DNA from: Acaryochloris marina S15
GTDB taxonomy: Bacteria > Cyanobacteriota > Cyanobacteriia > Thermosynechococcales > Thermosynechococcaceae
Reading direction: 5' to 3'
Length of the DNA: 32,000 nt
NCBI RefSeq assembly: GCF_018336915.1
Contig: NZ_CP064923.1
Location: 5,130,001-5,162,000, forward strand
The translations under genes were made by a program, and so were the position numbers. This document shows positions 10,559 through 19,129 of the stretch, piece after piece (within the stretch, counting starts at the first letter, position 1; each line of letters starts with the position of its first letter). Under the pieces are notes generated by a model that saw nothing but the letters and a program-made list of their open reading frames with translations, did not search any database and was not told the origin of the DNA.

Positions 10559-12044
10559 GGGCGTATTTAGCGGATCGGGGATGCCTTAGTTTTCGGAATG
10601 GTCACCTCTGGGAATAAGGAGTCAAACCGTTCATTGACCCAGGCAATTCTCAAGATCAGTAAATGGTTGAAACCATCCTCACTCCAGCGCATGCCAACTC
10701 CCTTAAAGCGCTGCTGAATCAACCACTTGCATGCACTTTCAACCATTCCTGACCCGAGAGGAATCTGTTGCTGTTCAAAGTGCCGATAACGGATGTGGTT
10801 ATGATGGCGTTGGAAATAAGCCTGCACCTGGAGCAACGTTGAAAAAGACTTTCCCGTTAACAGTTGTGAGTGAATCAATATCGTCAAGGACCGTAATACA
10901 AGTAGGTGTTGCCCGTGTCGCAATTGGTGTCGCCAGTGCCGGAACCAGGCTTGGGCTTGAGCAGAGCGGGCATCTCCAAACATCGCTTTAGTTGCTCGTG
11001 CCAGATGGCCTGCTGAATGAAAAAAGTCGAGGACTGCCACAGCACAATGAGAGAACAAGGTGCGATAGACTCGCCAGAAGCCTCGTCCCCCATCACTGAG
11101 CCAGATGACTTTTGGAGCAGATTCAAAGTCTTGTTTGTGAGCTTCGAGTTGAAGTAAAGGGATGAACTGGTCGATATCGCCCAATACTGCCACCAGTCTT
11201 CGACGCAGTAATTGGGGGACCTCCTTTTTAGCTCGGGTAACCCGTGTTCCCAGGCGAGCTAAGATGGCGACTTTGACTTCTCGCCACTGGATTTTTCCCT
11301 TGGGTGAGTTCGGGGTGGGGCGAAAGGGGACCATCACACCATCGGCGGCAATGGCCAAAGGTAGAGCAGATAACATCTCTGAAATCGCTTCACAAGGGGC
11401 CTGAGTCCCTGATGATTGAGCGTTGAGTTGAGCTTCTAATTCCTGCTGAGCTTTGTTACCCACGGATTGCACCCAGTTCCACAAACTGGATGGACTCACG
11501 GATAGACCACTCCACTGACCCAGCATCCAACTGGCCAGTTCATAGGGCATGAACAGACTCAACAAGCAGCCCAGACGCACCAGTTCTTCGCTGCTGTGCT
11601 GATAGGGGGCAATCCCAATGGCTTGATCCAGGGGAGTCAACAGACTGCCTGGACATCCTTTGGGACAACGGCCCACCCGTCGCTTTCAAGAGATAGTGCC
11701 TACCAGTGTCTGCATCTGACGAGATTCCCATCCCTTCGAATGTAAGCGGGTTCCGCAGGTAGTACATACAGGCCATACAAATACTGCTTTCGCGCGCCTT
11801 GAGAGTTCATCCTCCAGAAGACAGCGAGCTAGAAACAAGCCCATTTGCAGAACGATATAAACCATCTGACTCAGGCTGGTTGATACTTTGAGTGCTTCAG
11901 TTTGTTCTAGAAATTCGTCATGGGCTAGCACGGTTAGCAATTGCGATGGTAGGGTCATGATAGTTTTTTGGTTCGGGTACAGGATCTATTGTCCTTGACC
12001 CGTTTTTCTTTGAGCCATGCATCCCCGATCCTTTGCTTACGCCC
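10559..12044 (-). mobile_element. Insertion sequence (1486 bp), ISKra4/ISLre2-like DDE family, with 26-bp imperfect IRs and 9-bp TSD
   Basis: The left IR is GGGCGTATTTAGCGGATCGGGGATGC (10559-10584). The reverse complement of the right end is GGGCGTAAGCAAAGGATCGGGGATGC (12044-12019), matching at 21 of 26 positions. It is flanked by the direct repeat CTCGTTATC. The family call is from memory, based on transposase features (N-terminal CxxCG...LHSKG zinc finger, SDGGRGFW...LDFFHSAGHL) and the 9-bp duplication. Confidence 0.75.
10567..11958 (-). pseudogene. IS transposase with a single in-frame TGA (11686-11688) splitting it into 90-aa and 369-aa ORFs
   Basis: ORFs 11686-11958 and 10567-11676 are in the same frame. 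Reading through gives ...LVGTIS*KRRVGRCPKGCPGSL.... The stop sits one transition away from TGG (Trp). Confidence 0.8.
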
Positions 12045-12053
12045 CTCGTTATC
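12045..12053. repeat. Target-site duplication, right copy (CTCGTTATC)
   Basis: Identical 9-mer immediately outside both IS ends. Confidence 0.85.
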
Positions 12054-12881
12054 CATAAATTCCCATTCCGTCCGTTTAATGTTAATCACTGGAATGAATC
12101 CGTTAATTTACAAAAAAGAAATTATGAGGCAATTATTTATCTAGTACAACAAGCTCATGGGAATCCTGAATTAGTAGACTTTTATTTGGATTCAAATCAT
12201 TACAGATGGTTAGGCCATAGTTTAGGATGCAAATATATCTTGCTACTGGAGCTTTTGAGTGACTCCACAGACCAAAAAGTTCTTGAGGTTGTTGGTCAAT
12301 GCTTAACTGAGAAAGAGAAGAAAGATGTTGAAGACACCCTAGCCTGCCTGAAGGAAGCGAAAGAGACTGCTCAACGTGAACTATCTAAGATTACTGGTAA
12401 AGATATCTCATTAGAGCGCGTCATCCGAAATCAAATGACTGTGCTAATGGCACCGGAATATAGCACGACTCTAACGCTATTCAATAAAAATATTCCTGTC
12501 GGCAACCCATTCACTCAGCCATTCCCCAATGCAGTAAAAATTGAAGAAATTATCAAATTAGACTTAAATATATTAAATCTTAGCGGGCTTATCAGCTTTT
12601 ATTGCGATCCTATCGCTAAAGATGATTCTGTTTTCCTAAAAGATCAGCTAAACGCTAGGCATCCCTTTAATTTGTCGGAGTTGACAGATGAATTTATAGG
12701 AGGGCATTTTGCCCCCCAAGGAAACCAATATATTGAAATAGCTGATTCTGTTTTAAGAATATATTCTACGCTTTCTTATTAGTACTAAGTAAATTATTTA
12801 ATAATTAAGATTTTTGTTATTTAAGATTGCCTTGTTTAAGGCGTCAAAGCACCCATTATTAACCTTAAAAGGTAGCTACTC

Positions 12882-13487
12882 ATGGAAATTTCAACATTTG
12901 AATTACTTCTCGCACCACAAATCCCTCCTGATCTGGCACCCGGTCTTGGAAATATTATCCGAACTACATTACAAGGATATTTCTTGCAAATATCTAATCT
13001 TTCAGAATATAAGGTAAAACTAGAACTTGAATTTGTTGCTTTCTCTCCTATAATCCCTCTAGAACCTGAAAAAGCTCCGATAGAGAACAGCACATTAGCA
13101 TTCTTTGATATAGATGGGACTAATCCACTCAAAACTCTCAATAGAAAGGGAGATAAAAAAGTAATAGTAGAGCTTGACATTAAGGCTCATGATACTGGCC
13201 TATTTATTTTGCAACCCAATCCTGCACTTTTGCCAGCAGGCCCACCAGCAGAAACAGTTTATGAAGTCAGGGGATATGTCAATATTCATCTTAAATCTCC
13301 TGGAAGTGCCAAACTACTGCTGACTCCTGAACAAAGAGGCACTTTATTTAAGGATCCAGCAGATGGAGATCCACAGCTTAGTCAAGTTATCTATAGTCTT
13401 CCGACAGCAACAGGGGGAGCATTATATTCTTTAAATTCTAAGAATGGAGAAGGTGGAGAAGGCGACGAAGGTGGAGAAGGTGGATAA
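12882..13487 (+). CDS. Hypothetical protein (201 aa) with C-terminal Gly/Glu repeat tail
   Basis: ORF in an AT-rich region with a composition suggesting beta-rich structure. It ends in NGEGGEGDEGGEGG and has no motif I recognise. Confidence 0.55.
   Translation: MEISTFELLLAPQIPPDLAPGLGNIIRTTLQGYFLQISNLSEYKVKLELEFVAFSPIIPLEPEKAPIENSTLAFFDIDGTNPLKTLNRKGDKKVIVELDIKAHDTGLFILQPNPALLPAGPPAETVYEVRGYVNIHLKSPGSAKLLLTPEQRGTLFKDPADGDPQLSQVIYSLPTATGGALYSLNSKNGEGGEGDEGGEGG
13446..13484 (+). repeat. 9-bp tandem repeat (GGAGAAGGT-like, about 4.3 units) encoding the (G-E-G)n tail
   Basis: GGAGAAGGT GGAGAAGGC GACGAAGGT GGAGAAGGT GGA lies directly before the TAA stop. Confidence 0.8.
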
Positions 13488-13600
13488 AAGTAGTTTAGGT
13501 AAAAATCGATAGCACAGAATAAATTCTGGCACCAGACAAGGGTTAACCTTAAGCAATTAGGCATACATTTGCCAATAAACTCAGCATAATATTAACCCTC

Positions 13601-13632
13601 TACCCCCAGATCAAACTTTTGATCTGGGGGTA
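13601..13632. repeat. Perfect 15-bp-arm palindrome (TACCCCCAGATCAAA ct TTTGATCTGGGGGTA)
   Basis: Read directly from the sequence. It lies 114 nt after the stop of the 201-aa ORF and has no following T-run, so it could be a hairpin or terminator-like element, or a protein-binding site. Confidence 0.6.
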
Positions 13633-13888
13633 CTTATACTTAGAATGGTCTAATGCTAATGACCGATAAAATCCCCCTACATTAGTGATTAAAAGCTTGT
13701 TACTAAAAAATTACTTCTACATGTCAAAAAAATCACCTCTAAAAGAATTTCAGTAAGCATGGCAATATAAGCTCTACTCAGTAATACAGCCAGTTTTAGC
13801 AGGACAAAAAATTAATATTGCGACATCCAGATTTGATACCCTAGATTTTCTAGCGCAATTGCTTCAACCCCTTTCAGGCAAAAGCATC

Positions 13889-14752
13889 ATGAATCTGAGC
13901 CTGTCGAACCAAGCCTCTTCCGTTCCAGTCGCGTTAACCATTGCAGGCTCCGATAGTGGTGGTGGAGCAGGTATCCAAGCTGACCTACGAACCTTTGCCT
14001 TTCACCGGGTTCACGGCACCAGCGCTCTGACCTGTATTACAGCCCAAAATACTGTGGGCGTGAATCGGGTGGATGCCCTCCCTCCAGCAGCAGTAGTGAC
14101 TCAAATCGATGCAGTTGCCTCCGATATTGGGGTGCAAGCGGCCAAAACGGGGATGCTGCTGAATGCGGAAATTATGGAGGCGGTGGCGACGGAACTTCAG
14201 CGACAGCAAATTCACCAACTGGTGGTCGATCCGGTGATGGTATCGCGAGCTGGAGTGGTGTTGATTGATGAGGTTGCGATCGCAACCCTAAAAAACACTC
14301 TTCTCCCCCAAGCCTTAATCCTCACCCCCAATCGCTATGAAGCTCAAATCCTCAGTGGAATGGAGATTCACACCCTCGAAGACATGCAAACAGCAGCTCA
14401 AAAAATCCACGATCTGGGACCCAAAAACGTCTTAGTTAAGGGCGGTGGGATGAGCGATACGCTTTTAGGTATCGATGTTTGGTTTGATGGCCAACAGATG
14501 GAAACCCTAAAGACAGAAACCGTTGCCACGACGAATACCCACGGCACGGGCTGTACGTTGTCGGCTGCGATCGCAGCCAATCTTGCCCTTGGCAAACCAC
14601 CCCTAGCTGCTGCCAAAGCCGCTAAAACCTACGTTACCCAAGCCTTGAAACATGCCTTAGATATTGGTCAAGGTCAGGGACCTGTAGGGCACTGGTTCCC
14701 ACTGGTATCTAAAGCGCCGGAAGCCTTAGACTTTTCCCGCCTCTGGAACTAG
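13889..14752 (+). CDS. thiD: Hydroxymethylpyrimidine/phosphomethylpyrimidine kinase ThiD
   Basis: [31 protein letters not shown] and the [15 protein letters not shown] motifs. I prefer the ATG at 13889 to the upstream TTG at 13859 used by the ORF track. Confidence 0.9.
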   Translation: MNLSLSNQASSVPVALTIAGSDSGGGAGIQADLRTFAFHRVHGTSALTCITAQNTVGVNRVDALPPAAVVTQIDAVASDIGVQAAKTGMLLNAEIMEAVATELQRQQIHQLVVDPVMVSRAGVVLIDEVAIATLKNTLLPQALILTPNRYEAQILSGMEIHTLEDMQTAAQKIHDLGPKNVLVKGGGMSDTLLGIDVWFDGQQMETLKTETVATTNTHGTGCTLSAAIAANLALGKPPLAAAKAAKTYVTQALKHALDIGQGQGPVGHWFPLVSKAPEALDFSRLWN

Positions 14753-14854
14753 ATACCCGATCAGATCCAACAGTCTCCAGATACACTAAGTCATAAGCAG
14801 CAGGCTTTATGACCCCTGTTCAGTGCCAAAAGTCGCTAGTCAGTCCCCCTAAAC

Positions 14855-15847
14855 ATGCCGCTCCAAATCCAAGCTTTGCTGCTAGCAATCACCACGGTTT
14901 ACCAAATTATTGCTTGTCTAATTGAAAATCGCATCTCACCCCCAGGGCAGCACATTGATATCGGTGGCTATGCCCTGCATCTCCAGACCCTGGGCATGGG
15001 ACGGCAGACTATTGTTTTAGACCACAGCTTAGGTGGCATTGAAGGCTATCTGCTATTAAAAAAGCTGGCTCCTTTAGGACAAGTCTATATCTATGATCGA
15101 GCAGGGTATGGATGGAGCGATCATAGTCCTCATCCCCGAACCAGCGACCAGGTGGTTAAGGAATTAGACCTGCTACTAACCCATGCCAAAGTTGAACCGC
15201 CCTATCTCTTAGTTGGAGATTCCTTTGGCAGCTACAACATGCGGCTCTATGCCCATCGTTTCCCTGAGAAAGTATCGGGATTAGTGCTTACCGATGGTCT
15301 ACATGAGCGAGCCATGCTGAAAATGCCGTTTCAGCTTAAGGCCCTGAAGCTCTTTTTTATCTCCGGGTTTTTGATGTCAATTGTGGGGTCAGCCTTTGGC
15401 ATTATTCGCTTGTTGCGTCTTTGCCAAGTGTTTAAGCTAGTGAAGCCAGAATTAAAAAAATATCCTCCAGCAGAGCTAACGTCCGTCACCCGTTCCTTTT
15501 GTCGTCCCAAACATTGGATCACCATGAGCCGAGAGCTGTGGAATTTAGATAAAAGTGGACGTCAGCTCCGGATAGCAGATAACTTAGGTGCTTTACCCCT
15601 CGCCAGCATCAAGTCCCAATCATTTTTCAAACCGTCGCTGTTAACGATGTTGACGCCGCTACGGAGTGCCAACCGTTTACGAGACAAAATCCATCTCGAT
15701 TTGATGCAGCTTTCTTCTGTTAGCAAACAGCTTCCCGCCAGCAAGAGCAGTCATTTTGTTTGGGTAGATGAGCCGGAGGTGATGGTGGCAGCGGTGAAGT
15801 GGGTGCTGGCCAATCAGTCGAAGCATTCCAAGGTGCATGATGATTGA
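14855..15847 (+). CDS. Alpha/beta-fold hydrolase
   Basis: IVLDHSLGG (HG-like oxyanion region), YDRAGYGWSD, and the nucleophile elbow LVGDSFGSY. A hydrophobic insertion LFFISGFLMSIVGSAFGII follows. Confidence 0.85.
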   Translation: MPLQIQALLLAITTVYQIIACLIENRISPPGQHIDIGGYALHLQTLGMGRQTIVLDHSLGGIEGYLLLKKLAPLGQVYIYDRAGYGWSDHSPHPRTSDQVVKELDLLLTHAKVEPPYLLVGDSFGSYNMRLYAHRFPEKVSGLVLTDGLHERAMLKMPFQLKALKLFFISGFLMSIVGSAFGIIRLLRLCQVFKLVKPELKKYPPAELTSVTRSFCRPKHWITMSRELWNLDKSGRQLRIADNLGALPLASIKSQSFFKPSLLTMLTPLRSANRLRDKIHLDLMQLSSVSKQLPASKSSHFVWVDEPEVMVAAVKWVLANQSKHSKVHDD

Positions 15848-16421
15848 ATTAGCCCCTTGGCGATCAACTTTGAGTCGAGCTTTGCATCGGAATCGGTCGT
15901 TGGTCTATGCCCGATATGCTCAGTTAGCGACAGTGCAGGCGAATCGTCCCGCCAATCGAACGGTAGTGTTTCGCGGTTTTTTAGAAGACAGCAATACCCT
16001 CAAATTCGTGACAGATCGGCGCAGCAAAAAGGTGGAGCAGATTGCTGAGAATCCTTGGGGGGCGTTGTGCTGGTATTTTCCGAAAACCCGTGAACAGTTT
16101 CGGATCTCTGGGAAATTGAAGGTGGTAACGGCCATAGAGGCGAATTCCGAGCTTCTACATTTGCGAGAGGTGGCTTGGTTAGCGTTATCCGAAGGGGCGC
16201 GATCGCAATTCGCATGGCCTCATCCAGGGCAACCTAAAAGCGAGTCTGAAGCATCATCACAAGAATCGATTACTTGCAAAACCCCTTTGGACGAGTTTTG
16301 CTTGTTATTACTCACTCCCCAAGAAGTTGATCATCTAGAACTTCGGGAAAAGCCTCACCATAGGTGTGGCTATACTCTGACAGCTAATGGTGATTGGGAA
16401 CAGCATATACTTAACCCTTGA
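15837..16421 (+). CDS. PPOX-class (pyridoxamine 5'-phosphate oxidase-like) FMN-binding flavoprotein, cyanobacterial type
   Basis: APWRSTLSRALHRNRSLVYARYAQLATV...NRTVVFRGF...LKFVTDRRSKKVEQI...CWYFPKTREQFRISGKL fits the PPOX split-barrel pattern. It overlaps the upstream hydrolase by 11 nt (ATGATGATTGA). Confidence 0.8.
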   Translation: MMIELAPWRSTLSRALHRNRSLVYARYAQLATVQANRPANRTVVFRGFLEDSNTLKFVTDRRSKKVEQIAENPWGALCWYFPKTREQFRISGKLKVVTAIEANSELLHLREVAWLALSEGARSQFAWPHPGQPKSESEASSQESITCKTPLDEFCLLLLTPQEVDHLELREKPHHRCGYTLTANGDWEQHILNP

Positions 16422-16430
16422 AACCAACCA

Positions 16431-18638
16431 TTACTGAAGACGACGTACAAGCCCTGTGAATCCAGCAACCCAAAGTGAAGTGACAATCCAACCAACAGTA
16501 ATATGAATCCATAAATACCAGCGTACAAGGCTTCCTGGTAACCTTCTCATAAATGAATTAGGTGGGAGTTCAGCTTCTTTATTGGAGTTGGGAAGCCAAT
16601 ACTTTTGTTGATGAAGATCGATAATTGGGACAAACGTATCAAGAGAATATATCAGTGGATTGAAGACTGGATAATTTCTAGAGACCTCTACCGCTAGAGA
16701 ATTGATTGATTCGAAGGGCCTAACCTGGGCAGGGCTCATTATCTTCGAAGCCCCCCAATCGGGAGACCCTAATGAAAAAACAATGGTTCCAATAAACACA
16801 AATTTGAGGGCAAATACTAATACTCGATTGGGACGATAGCCGTGAGCAATGGTGTGGCCTAGAATAAAATTCCATACTCGTGCCCAATAACTCAAATCTC
16901 CATAGGCTCGCAGATTATCTTGCTTTCGAATTAGCACCTCTGAAGCAGATTGTTCAAAACCACTTTCTTTGAAAACTTTAGCAAGTTGTTCGTAAGGTTG
17001 CGGAGAGAAAACTTTAGAAGGCTGTAGTGCTAGCCATTGAAGTCGAGATTGGCTATCTCTCGGTGATTCTACATGTATTTTGTCATACACTAATCCATCT
17101 AAGAAAAGTCTATCCTTTGAAGGCCAACTATCTTCTCTATCAGCAAGAGTTTGAATTTTTGCAGACAGAAAATAGAGGAACATTCCTTCAGGCTTGTCAA
17201 CCTCTTTTAATTCAAATGCATTAGAGATGTTTGCATAGCTAAAATCAATTTTACCTATAGCTAAGAACCCTTTAGTTAATAGAACTGAACCATTAACTAA
17301 AATTTGTTGAGCACAAATTGCTGAACCTTTAGGACAATTAAAAGTTCCACCACGGCAGGAAATATTAGCACCGACCTTGGCTCCATTTAAAGATATACCT
17401 CCTATTACCTTAAAATCTTGATTTAGAAAAACGGAGCCTTTAATATCTGTATTCTGAGCAAGAATAGCATATTGAGGACAATCTTCTGAACCACATTTAA
17501 ACTGACCCTCATGACAGTCTAAACTACCACGAATAGTAGTTCCTATTAAGCGAATCTGACCAGATGATTGAAAGCCTGTACGGAGAAATACTGAGCTAAC
17601 ATTAGCTTGCTCTACTGATAATGAATAACCGTCCGGATTAAAAAATTTTCCATTGTCACATCCAAGGTTGCCACCTATATGGGATTCATTAAAGTTAACT
17701 TCTCCGATGGACAAAAATTGCTTACCTAATAAAGCAACCCCTTTGATTTTAGATTGCCCCATATCAAGTGCTGTGCTATTAAGCTTAACCAAAAAAGCAT
17801 TATCTAAAGAAAAACTATTGCCAATATTTGATCCGTGAAAAGATACACGCCCAAATGCACAAGCATTGTCTAAACGAACAGAACCTTTAACACAGATATT
17901 GGTAGCAAGTATTGCATTTATGTGAGAATCTCCAAATATTATACTTCTACAGCATTCAATACTTCCATTAACACTTGTTCCGAAGATACTAAGACCTCCA
18001 TTCACCTTGAGTGATTCACCAATAATGTTGCCTTGTATCTCTCCATTATTAATGGTTAAAGCATACCCTTGCCGACCATAAAACTCTCCATTATTAAATA
18101 CTAAATTGCCACCAATTCTAGCTCCGTCTAGCGCAACTCTCCCAGTTGATGTAAATCCATTGCATAATAAGCAGTCACTTGTTATTTCAATGCCGCTGGC
18201 TTCTAGCGAAGTACTTATTTCTCTTCCAAAGTCATCATGTGTCTGACTAAAAGCAAGATAGCAACCAGATAGGTCAAGGAATTTTATCTTTGCCCTTTCC
18301 AATCGAATTGTCTCTAGGAATATACAATTACGTAAGATTATTGGAAACTCCAGGGTCAAAAAATTCAAATTGAGAGAGTCTTGAATCTTGGCACCAATAA
18401 TATTAATACCCATATAGGTCAGGAAATCAGAGCCAATAGAATCTGTACAAAGCCAGATAATCAATGATGCACGAATAGCACATTTAGAAGCATGAACAGA
18501 GTCCTTTTGAATCTCGTTATCTGTACAAAATCTTGCTGCTTCACCTTTGACTACCGCTTCAAGTAAATGAACTTCAGCAGGCATCAGGGTGAAGTTATTT
18601 TCAGCTAATCGAATCAACTGCTCAGCTTTATCACACAT
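16431..18638 (-). CDS. Solenoid-repeat protein with C-terminal membrane domain (uncharacterised family, sometimes annotated 'membrane-associated oxidoreductase' or pentapeptide-like)
   Basis: 735-aa ORF. Residues ~162-480 form about 6.5 units of ~48 aa with the pattern F.s.G.i.l.Ga.IgGnL.C..G.F..p.g.AL.a....I.GsV.L. These are followed by LFLDGLVYDKI...RLQWL...PQPYEQLAKVFKESG...GYRPNRV and hydrophobic segments VLVFALKFVFIGTIVFSLG and WYLWIHITVGWIVTSLWVAGFTGLV. Confidence 0.8.
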   Translation of the reverse strand: MCDKAEQLIRLAENNFTLMPAEVHLLEAVVKGEAARFCTDNEIQKDSVHASKCAIRASLIIWLCTDSIGSDFLTYMGINIIGAKIQDSLNLNFLTLEFPIILRNCIFLETIRLERAKIKFLDLSGCYLAFSQTHDDFGREISTSLEASGIEITSDCLLCNGFTSTGRVALDGARIGGNLVFNNGEFYGRQGYALTINNGEIQGNIIGESLKVNGGLSIFGTSVNGSIECCRSIIFGDSHINAILATNICVKGSVRLDNACAFGRVSFHGSNIGNSFSLDNAFLVKLNSTALDMGQSKIKGVALLGKQFLSIGEVNFNESHIGGNLGCDNGKFFNPDGYSLSVEQANVSSVFLRTGFQSSGQIRLIGTTIRGSLDCHEGQFKCGSEDCPQYAILAQNTDIKGSVFLNQDFKVIGGISLNGAKVGANISCRGGTFNCPKGSAICAQQILVNGSVLLTKGFLAIGKIDFSYANISNAFELKEVDKPEGMFLYFLSAKIQTLADREDSWPSKDRLFLDGLVYDKIHVESPRDSQSRLQWLALQPSKVFSPQPYEQLAKVFKESGFEQSASEVLIRKQDNLRAYGDLSYWARVWNFILGHTIAHGYRPNRVLVFALKFVFIGTIVFSLGSPDWGASKIMSPAQVRPFESINSLAVEVSRNYPVFNPLIYSLDTFVPIIDLHQQKYWLPNSNKEAELPPNSFMRRLPGSLVRWYLWIHITVGWIVTSLWVAGFTGLVRRLQ
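17199..18155 (-). repeat. Protein-level ~48-aa repeat array (about 6.5 units) within the 735-aa ORF
   Basis: I aligned the units by eye on the recurring G-x-N/G-G-N-L and G-S-V-x-L positions. The DNA copies are diverged. Confidence 0.65.
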
Positions 18639-19129
18639 ATCTAAATAATTATGGAAGGATATATTTTTGCATCTAATACAAATTGAAAATTTCTTATTAA
18701 AATAAGAAGAGCAAAATAAGTAGGCGAGGGTATTGAAGCTCAGCTATGTATCAGAATGTAAACATGGCTAGACGTTATATAAATCAAGGCTTCTAATCAA
18801 ATTTACTATTGAGAAGACAAGTGATTGAATTAAGGCTGACCTACTTAGATCAAGAAGATGTAAAAATATGATCAATAGAAAATATACTTTGCTTATAGCT
18901 AAAAAGATTAGAAGGCTTTTAATCCAGGAATGCAAAACCTAAAAAATACTTCTTTTCAATAGATAATTTGAATAGAAAAATTAAATTAAAATACTAATAC
19001 TGATAATTTATCCGAAAAATTATAAATATCTAAATTTAGCAGAAAGTAGTCAATATACAATATCTTCCTTACACCTATTTTGGTATTTATATTGTTCAAG
19101 AGCGAGTTAGAGATGATATAGAAGCAACC

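Larger units (their letters stand above)
10364..12782 (+). pseudogene. DUF1350-like alpha/beta-fold gene interrupted by an IS (halves 10364-10558 and 12045-12782)
   Basis: The left half ends ...QPKGVIQFIGSFIFGSFPKCSYKPLFQYLWSQGYTLVI. The right half continues (LVI)HKFPFRPFNVNHW...RWLGHSLGCKYILLLE. Deleting 10559-12053 restores one uninterrupted frame, ...GYTLVIHKFPF.... The PKGVI.F.G and GHS.GCK patterns fit DUF1350 as remembered. Confidence 0.8.

Noticed and set aside
10731-11404. Plus-strand ORFs (86 and 80 aa) and the nested minus-strand ORFs 10884-11126 and 11540-11776 in the ISKra4-like element
   Set aside because: They are antisense or off-frame to the transposase reading frame, which carries the recognisable motifs.
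13488-13888. Possible TPP (THI-box) riboswitch upstream of thiD
   Set aside because: I looked for the conserved CUGAGA and ACCUGAUCUGGAUAAUGCCAGCG-like elements and found neither. The only structure is the palindrome at 13601-13632, which does not resemble a THI element.
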